Shown here piece after piece: positions 1-7,352 of a DNA stretch of 25,281 bases. The DNA lies in the IMG/VR virus record IMGVR_UViG_3300019458_000004, positions 64,001 through 89,281 of that record, one strand, 5' to 3'. The notes below the pieces were generated by a model. It saw only the letters and a program-made list of their open reading frames with translations, was not told the DNA's origin and did no database searches. Both the position numbers and the translations under genes were made by a program. Source of the stretch: a virus (taxonomy: Duplodnaviria > Heunggongvirae > Uroviricota > Caudoviricetes). The stretch's first letter is position 1. Each line of letters starts with the position of its first letter.

Positions 1-24
1 CTTGAAATGTTGGTGTGGTCTTAA
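1..24 (+). CDS. Possible 3' end of an upstream gene (partial, ...LEMLVWS*)
   Basis: Frame 1 is open from base 1 to TAA at 22-24, followed immediately by the junction motif as at other gene ends. Only 7 codons are visible. Confidence 0.3.
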   Translation, partial: LEMLVWS

Positions 25-38
25 TTAACAACTATTAT
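25..38 (+). promoter_or_regulatory. Junction motif copy 1, TTAACAACTATTAT (putative late promoter)
   Basis: Exact 14-nt match to the copies at 9496 and 18941; lies upstream of the gene at 102. Confidence 0.6.
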
Positions 39-101
39 GTAAAGATTTTGAAGAGTTAAAAGTTAAAATTATCACATAACAATTAACTTTTAAAGGATAT
101 T

Positions 102-1283
102 ATGCTCGGAAAAGATAAATTGGTCTTAGATACTGCCAACTTAACAGAAAGTGATAATGTTGGTGCTTATTTAAGAGCTTCTGATGGAAGCTTAATTGCG
201 CACACGGCCAACGCATTACACGTAGCTGTTCAAGGTACAGTAACTGTAACTGCTACAGATTTTGATATACGCGATTTGACACATGTTTCAGATAGCATCA
301 AAGTTGGAGATGGAACGGATTTTTTAGCTGTTAATGCCGACGGTTCTGTTAATGTTCAAGTGCCTTATGATTATGCCGAAGATTCTGTGCATGTTAGCGG
401 CGAAGTTGGTGCATTTGTTTTGGGTGTCAGACAAGACGCAGATACTTCACCAGTAAGTTCCGATGGTGACTACCATCCATTTATTTTCAATGATACCGGA
501 CGTTTAAAAGTTGAAGCGAATTTTGATACAGCTTTCGACTTCGTATATCCAGAAGATAGCGGACACACTACAGGCGACCCAGGTGCATTCATTCTTGCTG
601 TTCGTAATGATGCAAACGCTGTATTAACTTCTGCCGATTTAGACTATTCTGCCATTGCGGTTGATTCTGCCGGTCGAGTAAAAATTGTTGGTACTGTTAC
701 GGCCAATGCTGAAAAAGCTGAGGATAGTGCTCATGTTTCTGGTGATATCGGCAATTATGTACTTGCAGTTCAACAAGCAACTCTTGCTTCATCAGTCAGT
801 GCTGATGGCGATTATGCATCATTTAAATTAAATGATCGCGGTGCCTTATGGAGCGTGCCTGTTGGTACTGTAGCCGATGATGCGGTTGATACCGAAAATC
901 CTGTAAAAGTTGGTTCACGAGCCCGGATCGGCGCCCTATTAGCCATTTCAACTAACGGAGATCGGGCCGACGCTTTATCTGATAGATATCGTCGAATTTA
1001 TGTTAATAACGGACCAAACATTTCTGCATTGAATTCAGTCGCAACTGTCACAACTACAGCGGCCAATCTTTTAACAACACAATTATCCGGACGAAGACGT
1101 TATTTAATTCAGAATCTTGGCGCATTAGCTATTTATTTAGGCAACGACGCAACTGTAACTACGTCAACAGGATTCAAAATGGCATCAGGTTCTAATATGG
1201 ATGTTGAACTTGGAGAAGATGTTTCTTTATTTGCTATTGCGGCGGCGGGTTCACAAAATGTTCGTATTCTTGAATTAGCATAA
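102..1283 (+). CDS. Virion fibre/decoration-like protein with three ~56-58 aa tandem repeats and a C-terminal beta-rich domain
   Basis: SD AAGGA before ATG. Repeats of EDS.H..G..G.F.L.V......S.DxDY start at ~372, 546 and 714. Rich in Thr, Ala, Asp and Val. Confidence 0.6.
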   Translation: MLGKDKLVLDTANLTESDNVGAYLRASDGSLIAHTANALHVAVQGTVTVTATDFDIRDLTHVSDSIKVGDGTDFLAVNADGSVNVQVPYDYAEDSVHVSGEVGAFVLGVRQDADTSPVSSDGDYHPFIFNDTGRLKVEANFDTAFDFVYPEDSGHTTGDPGAFILAVRNDANAVLTSADLDYSAIAVDSAGRVKIVGTVTANAEKAEDSAHVSGDIGNYVLAVQQATLASSVSADGDYASFKLNDRGALWSVPVGTVADDAVDTENPVKVGSRARIGALLAISTNGDRADALSDRYRRIYVNNGPNISALNSVATVTTTAANLLTTQLSGRRRYLIQNLGALAIYLGNDATVTTSTGFKMASGSNMDVELGEDVSLFAIAAAGSQNVRILELA

Positions 1284-1300
1284 TAACCCAATATATTAAT

Positions 1301-1340
1301 AAAAGGGTAAGGGCTTTAGTTTCTATTCTTTTTTCTTTTT
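1301..1340 (+). terminator. Weak possible intrinsic terminator
   Basis: AAAAGGGTAAGGGC-TTTA-GTTTCTATTCTTTT pairs mainly through G-U with one mismatch, followed by a long T tract. Confidence 0.3.
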
Positions 1341-1352
1341 CTAATTTTATAT

Positions 1353-1658
1353 ATGATTATTGAAAGCCCTGAATTAGCTGATGTTATAAGCGATGGTTAT
1401 GTTTCAGGAACTATTTCTGTTACAACTTCGGAAATCGAAGCAAAAGTTGGCGTCAGCCCATTAACTGGTAGAGAAATATTAACTATCTATAATGGTGGTA
1501 ATAAAACTATTTTTTATGGGCCAACTGGGGTAACCATAATGACAGGTATTCCTATTTTTAAAGACCAAGTTGTTTCTCTACCAATTGGCCAAAGTCTCAG
1601 TATTTTTTTAATTACTTATTCTGGAACTCAAACGGCTAGAATCCAGGAATTTGCATAA
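1353..1658 (+). CDS. Small beta-rich virion protein, paralogous to the C-terminal domain of 102-1283
   Basis: Shares the pattern VTT...L.GR....I.N.G...I..G...VT..TG...S.F.I...G.Q..RI.E.A* with the preceding protein's C-terminus. Confidence 0.7.
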   Translation: MIIESPELADVISDGYVSGTISVTTSEIEAKVGVSPLTGREILTIYNGGNKTIFYGPTGVTIMTGIPIFKDQVVSLPIGQSLSIFLITYSGTQTARIQEFA

Positions 1659-2441
1659 ATGCCTGTTATAATCTCACCAGTTGCTCGTTCAGTACCTTTT
1701 GATAATACTTCAAATGGATTTCCTGCTGCCGCTGATAATGTACAAACAGCGATTGAATACGCTTTACAATTTGATCCACAAACTATTTCCGGTATCCAGT
1801 TTGATGATTTTAATAATTTAGTTACATGGTCACCTTCAACATTAGGAATAGGTTCTGTTGCTTCAGTTAGTACAGGAAATGCTACTTTGGCATCAGGTAA
1901 ACATCTCGGTGTTGCGGAACTAGTAGTTGGTGGAATTCTTGGCGCTCATGCATCCTTAGTGCAAAGTGCCGGATTATCAACATCTACCGTTTTTGGTAAT
2001 GGAGCAGCCGAATATAAGTCATTAATTCATATTCCGGCATTAGCAACAGTAACAAACGATTACGTATTTCGATGCGGATTAGGAACTTCGGCTAATGCTG
2101 ACCACGCAAATGGGATATATTTTGAATATAATAGAAGTCAATCAACAAATTGGAGACTAAAAACAGCGAGTAATAGCACCAGAACCGTTAATACATCTTC
2201 TATAGCAGTTGTTGCTGGTTCTTGGATACAATTAAGATGGGGCGTAAATAGTGCCGGAACTCAAGTAGATTTTTACATTAATGGTGTTTTAGCTGGGTCC
2301 AATACAACGAATATTCCAACGGAGACAGGTCAAGGATGTGGACCAAATTTTCAAATGACCCGTACAGCGGTTTTAGCCGGTACCTTAAATATTTATTTAG
2401 ATTATTTTTATTTTCTAAAAACTTTTACAGCCAGGGATTAA
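1659..2441 (+). CDS. Fibre-like protein with probable lectin/ConA-like beta-sandwich C-terminal domain
   Basis: N-terminal V.FDN...G..A.NVQ.AIE motif typical of phage fibre anchors; aromatic-rich beta strands (GIYFEY, W..L.W, VDFYINGVL). Confidence 0.55.
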   Translation: MPVIISPVARSVPFDNTSNGFPAAADNVQTAIEYALQFDPQTISGIQFDDFNNLVTWSPSTLGIGSVASVSTGNATLASGKHLGVAELVVGGILGAHASLVQSAGLSTSTVFGNGAAEYKSLIHIPALATVTNDYVFRCGLGTSANADHANGIYFEYNRSQSTNWRLKTASNSTRTVNTSSIAVVAGSWIQLRWGVNSAGTQVDFYINGVLAGSNTTNIPTETGQGCGPNFQMTRTAVLAGTLNIYLDYFYFLKTFTARD

Positions 2442-2443
2442 AT

Positions 2444-2779
2444 ATGAAATTGATTGTATTAAAATACAAATATGTTGAAAATGCACCCGAAGATATGCCA
2501 CTAGAATGGCCGGCTGAAGTAAGAGAAGTAGGCGATAATGATTCCGCACCGGGTAATGATTGGATTATTATGACGAATGGTGAATATCAAACATATTTAT
2601 CTACATATCAAGAAGCATATGATGAGTGGTTTTCACAACAAAATTTGGATATGATTATAGGAATACCAAGTTCATGCACAGATAAAGGAACTAAGGGACA
2701 GTTTTCTCACGATGCGAACTATCTATATATTTGTATAGCTAAAGACACTTGGAAAAGAATTGCAATATCAAGTTGGTAA
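2444..2779 (+). CDS. Hypothetical 111-aa protein with a fibre-type C-terminal motif
   Basis: ATG at 2444 directly follows the upstream stop (2439-2441), so it is preferred over the track's 2336 start. C-terminus PSS....G..GQ...D.NYLYIC.A.DTWKR resembles motifs ending many phage fibre proteins. Confidence 0.65.
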   Translation: MKLIVLKYKYVENAPEDMPLEWPAEVREVGDNDSAPGNDWIIMTNGEYQTYLSTYQEAYDEWFSQQNLDMIIGIPSSCTDKGTKGQFSHDANYLYICIAKDTWKRIAISSW

Positions 2780-2806
2780 TGATATATTATACAATACAGG
2801 AGTTTT

Positions 2807-3055
2807 ATGAAATATACAAAAAATGATTTAATTAATATCCAAAATCTACTTAAAATTACTCGTCGTGGTAAATATGAATTAGATGGAGAGGAATCTATTG
2901 CATTCGCTCATGCTTGTACTTGGCTTGCCCGGCTTTACCAAGAAATTAAAAAAGAGGTTGAGCCCGAACAAGCTAAGCCCCCAATCGTGGCTAAAGAGTT
3001 AAAACCGGCTATTCGCCAATCAACCGCGAAAAAAGCTTCGAAATCAAAGAAATAA
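2807..3055 (+). CDS. Hypothetical protein (helical N-terminus, Lys/Pro/Ala-rich tail)
   Basis: Strong SD CAGGAG before ATG; 82 aa. Confidence 0.7.
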   Translation: MKYTKNDLINIQNLLKITRRGKYELDGEESIAFAHACTWLARLYQEIKKEVEPEQAKPPIVAKELKPAIRQSTAKKASKSKK

Positions 3056-3119
3056 CCATCTTAATTAATCCCCTGTCTTTTATTCGATGCAAGGCACTCC
3101 CTACCAACCCTTAACCTAG

Positions 3120-3128
3120 TTAACAACT
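3120..3128 (+). promoter_or_regulatory. Junction motif copy 2, TTAACAACT
   Basis: Intergenic, 65 nt upstream of the ATG at 3185. Confidence 0.5.
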
Positions 3129-3184
3129 TAAATAGATTAAATATCTAAACCATTACCATCTTTTATTCGTTATGCTCTTTCAAT

Positions 3185-3418
3185 ATGGCTAAAGTTAGAT
3201 TTCGAAATCGAACAAATGATATAATTAAGGCTAAATATGTCGAAAAAAGAACTTTCACAATCGGTTTATTTGCCTTTGGTTGCGTTTTTAGTCTTCTTTT
3301 GACTGCTACATACCGGCTTTACATTTTAGGCGATTTGACCACTATTATACAGCAAATACAGAGCCAAATAACAACTTATTATAATCAATTAGAAACCTTT
3401 ATAAAAGGGTTGTTTTGA
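3185..3418 (+). CDS. Small single-pass membrane protein
   Basis: Basic N-terminus, hydrophobic stretch FTIGLFAFGCVFSLLLTATY, amphipathic C-terminal helix; stop overlaps the next start (TTGA). No clear SD. Confidence 0.6.
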   Translation: MAKVRFRNRTNDIIKAKYVEKRTFTIGLFAFGCVFSLLLTATYRLYILGDLTTIIQQIQSQITTYYNQLETFIKGLF

Positions 3419-4167
3419 AAAATTTGAGCGAAAAGTTAAAATACACCGGAAAAATAATGTTTATTGCACTACTTTGTATTTCCGTAGCAATTAAAGGTCC
3501 AGAATTTCATTATGATTATGTTCGAAATAAAGTTCAAAAAACGACCGTTTTAGTGACTAATGAAACTAAAACGCGGGGAGGCAGTGGCGCCCATGTAATT
3601 GCGCCGAGCGGTAAAGTTTATATTATTACTAATGCTCATGTTTGTAATTTAAGTAAAGACGCAAATATCTTTATTACCGATAATTTTGGTAGAACTATTC
3701 CAAGACGTATTCTTGAAATTAGTAATTTTACTGATCTTTGTTTAGTTGAATCTCTTCCTAATTATCAAGGAGCTTTAAAGCTCGGTAGTGATGTGCGATC
3801 CGGGCAAATTATCGCTGCTGTAGGTCATCCCATTCTTATGCCAACAACTATGAGCCGGGGTGAAATTATCGGTGTAAAAGAAGTTGATGTTTTTGATCAT
3901 ATTATGGATGTTTTTGATAAAAACGATAAGTGTGATCTTCCCAAAAACCGCATTATTCAGATTGACACATTTTTTGGTCCAATAACGGCATGCTTTGTTC
4001 ATGTAAAAGCTAACTTGACTACCTCCGTGGTTTTACCCGGTTCATCGGGTTCACCGATGGTTGATTTTTATGGTAACTTAGTTGGGGTTATTTTTGCGGG
4101 AAACCAAGCTAATTGGGGATTAGCTATTACGTTAGCGGACATAAACCTTTTCTTAAAACCATATTAA
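3415..4167 (+). CDS. Trypsin-like (S1/HtrA-type catalytic domain, no PDZ) serine protease with N-terminal signal or membrane anchor
   Basis: GGSG...IITNAHV (His codon 3637-3639), TDLCLV (Asp 3733-3735), PGSSGSP (Ser 4045-4047), G.LVGVIFAG; hydrophobic N-terminal segment IMFIALLCISVAI; TTG start. Confidence 0.9.
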   Translation: MKNLSEKLKYTGKIMFIALLCISVAIKGPEFHYDYVRNKVQKTTVLVTNETKTRGGSGAHVIAPSGKVYIITNAHVCNLSKDANIFITDNFGRTIPRRILEISNFTDLCLVESLPNYQGALKLGSDVRSGQIIAAVGHPILMPTTMSRGEIIGVKEVDVFDHIMDVFDKNDKCDLPKNRIIQIDTFFGPITACFVHVKANLTTSVVLPGSSGSPMVDFYGNLVGVIFAGNQANWGLAITLADINLFLKPY

Positions 4168-4249
4168 TAAGTTTTAACATTTTCCTACCTCAATAATGAG
4201 ATGGATAACTTAAATCTACCCCTAATGGGATGATGAACTAAGGAAATAT

Positions 4250-5227
4250 ATGTCAGAACAAGCCCAAAACCCCGCTCCTGCGGCTAGTGAAGCCAATCAA
4301 GAAGCGCAAGCCTCCGAAACTAATGAACAGGCTAACGAATTAGCTCAAGAACAATCAGAAGGTGCGGAACAAACCGCCGCCGAAACTAAAAAAGAAGAAG
4401 CAAAGATTGCTAAAAAATTAAAGCAATTAAAGCTTAAAGTTGACGGTAAAGAAGTCAATGAAGATCTTCCTTTTGAAGTTGATGAAGGATCTGAAGCGGC
4501 TGAATACATGACTAAACAGCTTCAATTAGCTAAAGCTGCCCAAAAACGTATGGGTGAAGCTTCTGATTATAAAAAGAAGCTCGATCAAGTTGGTGAATAT
4601 CTTCAACAAGCTAAAGGTAATCCTAACAAAATTCGCGAATTGATGAAGGATCTTGAAATTGATGAAAGACAATTAGCTGCAATGATTGTAGAAGAAGAAT
4701 TAGAAAAGGCTAAGAAGTCACCAGAACAATTAGAGAAAGAAGCATTACAAGCTGAACTTCAAAAGATCAAAGACGAGCGCGAAAGCGAAAAAAAGGAAAT
4801 GGAAGAGCGAGAATATCAACGCTTAGTTCAACAAGAAACCGAACGCTATTCATTAATGATTGATGGTGCATTAAGTAAAGCCGGTTTACCGAATAATCAA
4901 GTTTATCGTGAACGTGTTGCTAAGTATTTATCTAAAGCAATTGAAAAAGGTGTTGAAGTTACGGCAGAAGATGTGGTTCCTCTTGTAAAAGAAGAAATTG
5001 CACAGGAAATTCAAGCGCTATTTGCCGCAAGCCCAGAAGATTATGTAGAACAACTTCTTGGTAAAGATACCCTTAAGCGTCTACGTAAGCGTAATCTTGA
5101 AAAAGCTAAGGCAGGAGATCAACCCCCTGTTCCTCTTAAGCAACAAGTAAAAGATACGGGCTCTGATAAAGTTAAGCCTAAAGAAGAGCCTAAAGTTAGC
5201 TTTAAAGATTATTTTAAGAAATTATAA
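4250..5227 (+). CDS. Capsid scaffolding protein
   Basis: Acidic low-complexity N-terminus, LKLKVDGKE motif, long E/K/Q coiled-coil, amphipathic C-terminal helix VSFKDYFKKL; upstream of the capsid gene; SD AAGGA. Confidence 0.75.
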   Translation: MSEQAQNPAPAASEANQEAQASETNEQANELAQEQSEGAEQTAAETKKEEAKIAKKLKQLKLKVDGKEVNEDLPFEVDEGSEAAEYMTKQLQLAKAAQKRMGEASDYKKKLDQVGEYLQQAKGNPNKIRELMKDLEIDERQLAAMIVEEELEKAKKSPEQLEKEALQAELQKIKDERESEKKEMEEREYQRLVQQETERYSLMIDGALSKAGLPNNQVYRERVAKYLSKAIEKGVEVTAEDVVPLVKEEIAQEIQALFAASPEDYVEQLLGKDTLKRLRKRNLEKAKAGDQPPVPLKQQVKDTGSDKVKPKEEPKVSFKDYFKKL

Positions 5228-5298
5228 TTCTCATTTTAGTAATAAGAAGTTTTTATTTTAGGCTGAAATTGGGTATATAGTTGCCAAATTTACACATT

Positions 5299-5315
5299 TT
5301 AGTGAAAATCACTAA
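5299..5315. repeat. Perfect inverted repeat TTAGTGA-AAA-TCACTAA
   Basis: 7-bp arms with a 3-nt spacer, ~30 nt upstream of motif copy 3; operator-like or a hairpin. Confidence 0.4.
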
Positions 5316-5346
5316 GAAAACATAATTTGATAAACCAACATTAAAA

Positions 5347-5361
5347 TTAACAACTTATTAT
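5347..5361 (+). promoter_or_regulatory. Junction motif copy 3, TTAACAACTTATTAT
   Basis: Intergenic, upstream of the decoration-capsid gene pair. Confidence 0.6.
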
Positions 5362-5483
5362 ATAAAGTTTTTTACAGGCGTCTAGCCGACTGCGTATAAC
5401 TTGATAATACTAGGTATGCATATCTAATAGCCAGTCTGAATAGTAAACCAATAACAATAATTAAATAAAAAAAGGAAAATAAA

Positions 5484-5948
5484 ATGTCTTATAGCTCAAA
5501 GGACGAACTTGTCCAAAATAGACAACTAAAAGTCCAGCGTGTGAGTATTCCTCTTCTTATTACTGGTAATGCGACTCCGGCTAGTGTTGTTCCTCGTAAT
5601 GACGAGCCGGCTCGTCTTTTTCTCCAGACTGAGGGAGTAAATCAAATCACGGCTGCGTTAGATACTAATGAAACGGCTACTTATACGGTTGCTACGCCAG
5701 CTGATGCGACTGGTGTTTTCCGGCTTCTTTTTAAGGTAAAGGAATCGGTGGAAAAAGTTGCTTGTGCGTATGTGGTCAATCGTATCGATGGTACGTTTGA
5801 ACCATGTTTTCTAGGTAGTGCTACTGGAATTACGACCGGCTCTGGTGGTGGAAAATCCATTATGCTTGGTTGTGATTCTGACGTTAACCTCGCATCGGCG
5901 GATCTTAATGCCTGCCTAGTTGTTGAATACGTCATTTCAGAACAATAA
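5484..5948 (+). CDS. Probable capsid decoration/cement protein
   Basis: 154-aa beta-rich protein between scaffold and major capsid genes (lambda gpD-like position); visibly shares the capsid gene's higher GC. Function inferred from synteny only. Confidence 0.45.
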   Translation: MSYSSKDELVQNRQLKVQRVSIPLLITGNATPASVVPRNDEPARLFLQTEGVNQITAALDTNETATYTVATPADATGVFRLLFKVKESVEKVACAYVVNRIDGTFEPCFLGSATGITTGSGGGKSIMLGCDSDVNLASADLNACLVVEYVISEQ

Positions 5949-5967
5949 TTTAAGAAAGGAATAAAAT

Positions 5968-7224
5968 ATGTCTGCAATTAATACGTTCGGAGATCCAGCA
6001 GCTACCGTAGGTACGATGAATGGATTTTTCAAAGAACTATACGCCGATAAAATTAAGGTTCTTTATCCGGAAGATGTTCATCTTTTGAACATGATCGATT
6101 TCGCGGGTAAGGAAAAGAATCTCGGTAATCTATATCACCAACCAGTTGCGCTTGGTCTAGAACACGGTATCACGTATGCCGGTCCTGACGAAGATGCGTT
6201 TAATCTTCTTCCTGCTGTCTCTTCCCCGATGCGTGATGCACAAGTGAAGGGTAACGCGAAGGTTATGCGTTCGCAAATTGGTTATAATGCTCTTTCTCGC
6301 TCTGGTAGCGATAAAGCGTCATTCGGAAGTGCGTCTAAGTATGTGGTCGAAAACGCTATGCGTTCTTTCACCAAAATCCTTGAGATTGAGCTTCTTTACG
6401 GTCAAATGGGATACGGAACGGTTTCCGCTGTTTCAGCGTCAACGGTTACGATCACTCTAGCTGAGTGGGCTCCGGGAATTTGGTCAGGCTCCAAAGGGAT
6501 GCCGATTGAAATCCGTGATTCTACGGGCGCAACTTCTCGTGGTCAGTTCGTAATTTCAAGTGTCAATCTTGATACGCGCGTTCTAACTCTTGATAGCTCT
6601 GCTGCGGCGGCTGGCGTTGTTGCCACTGACGTAATTTGGCGTCGAGGTGCTTATAACAATGAATTTGCGGGAATTCACAAGATCCTAAGTCAATCAAGCG
6701 GTTCGCTCTTTAATATTTCTGTGAGCGATTTCGAATTATGGCGCGGAAATAGCTTTAGCGCGTCCAGCGCGGCTCTTAGCTTTAATAAGCTAAATCTCGC
6801 GGTCACTCGTGCGATTGAAAAGGGCCACATGGGTAAAATGCTTGCGCTAGTTTCTCTAAAAGCGTGGGCGAATATGATGTCAGATCAAGCTGCTCTTCGG
6901 AAATACGATGGTAGCTACTCCAAACAAAAGATGGAGAACGGTTCTGAGCGTCTTGTGTTCCATTCTCAAAACGGAGAAATCGAAATTCTTCCTTCTATTT
7001 ATGTGAAGGAAGGATATTCTTATCTCTTGTCTGAGGATAACTGGATGCGTGTTGGAAGTCGTGATATTTCCTTCAATATTCCGGGAATGCCTGGGGATCA
7101 AATTCTTAGACAGCTAGAGAATTCTGCTGCCTACGAATTTAGGATGTATACAGATCAAGCTTTGTTCTGTAGCGCTCCTGGCCGGAACGTGCTTATCACT
7201 GATGTTGTGAACTCAACGACCTAA
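5968..7224 (+). CDS. Major capsid protein (HK97 fold, probable insertion domain)
   Basis: 418 aa, follows scaffold, followed by a strong terminator, SD AAGGA; N-terminal NGFFKELY..I..L.P and C-terminal Y.FRMY..QALFC..PG.N patterns fit P22-like coat proteins; central beta-rich segment resembles an I-domain. Confidence 0.85.
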   Translation: MSAINTFGDPAATVGTMNGFFKELYADKIKVLYPEDVHLLNMIDFAGKEKNLGNLYHQPVALGLEHGITYAGPDEDAFNLLPAVSSPMRDAQVKGNAKVMRSQIGYNALSRSGSDKASFGSASKYVVENAMRSFTKILEIELLYGQMGYGTVSAVSASTVTITLAEWAPGIWSGSKGMPIEIRDSTGATSRGQFVISSVNLDTRVLTLDSSAAAAGVVATDVIWRRGAYNNEFAGIHKILSQSSGSLFNISVSDFELWRGNSFSASSAALSFNKLNLAVTRAIEKGHMGKMLALVSLKAWANMMSDQAALRKYDGSYSKQKMENGSERLVFHSQNGEIEILPSIYVKEGYSYLLSEDNWMRVGSRDISFNIPGMPGDQILRQLENSAAYEFRMYTDQALFCSAPGRNVLITDVVNSTT

Positions 7225-7246
7225 TAATTAAATTAGGGATTGAATT

Positions 7247-7285
7247 AAAAGGGCTGGGAAGCAATTCCTGGCCTTTTTTATTTTA
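7247..7285 (+). terminator. Rho-independent terminator after the capsid gene
   Basis: AAAAGGGCTGGGAA-GCAA-TTCCTGGCCTTTT: 14-bp stem (with G-U pairs), GNRA tetraloop, T tract. Confidence 0.9.
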
Positions 7286-7304
7286 ACTATAATATTTTTC
7301 CAAG

Positions 7305-7313
7305 TTAACAACT
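7305..7313 (+). promoter_or_regulatory. Junction motif copy 4, TTAACAACT
   Basis: Sits 20 nt after the capsid terminator and 48 nt before the next ATG, where a new promoter is needed. Confidence 0.6.
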
Positions 7314-7352
7314 AATAGTATATTATCACTATTTTTTAAGGATTAATCCTAC

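Noticed and set aside
1653-1664. In-frame TAA-ATG junction between 1353-1658 and 1659-2441 as a readthrough fusion
   Set aside because: UAA is an efficient stop, the first protein ends in the same RI.E.A terminus as its paralogue, and zero-gap coupling is common.
2336-2443. Track start at 2336 for the 2779-ending gene
   Set aside because: Overlaps the upstream gene by 106 nt; the ATG at 2444 abuts the upstream stop and is more plausible.
7200-7246. Programmed frameshift or readthrough extension of the capsid protein (T7 gp10B-like)
   Set aside because: No slippery heptamer near the end; tandem TAA TAA stops followed by a terminator.
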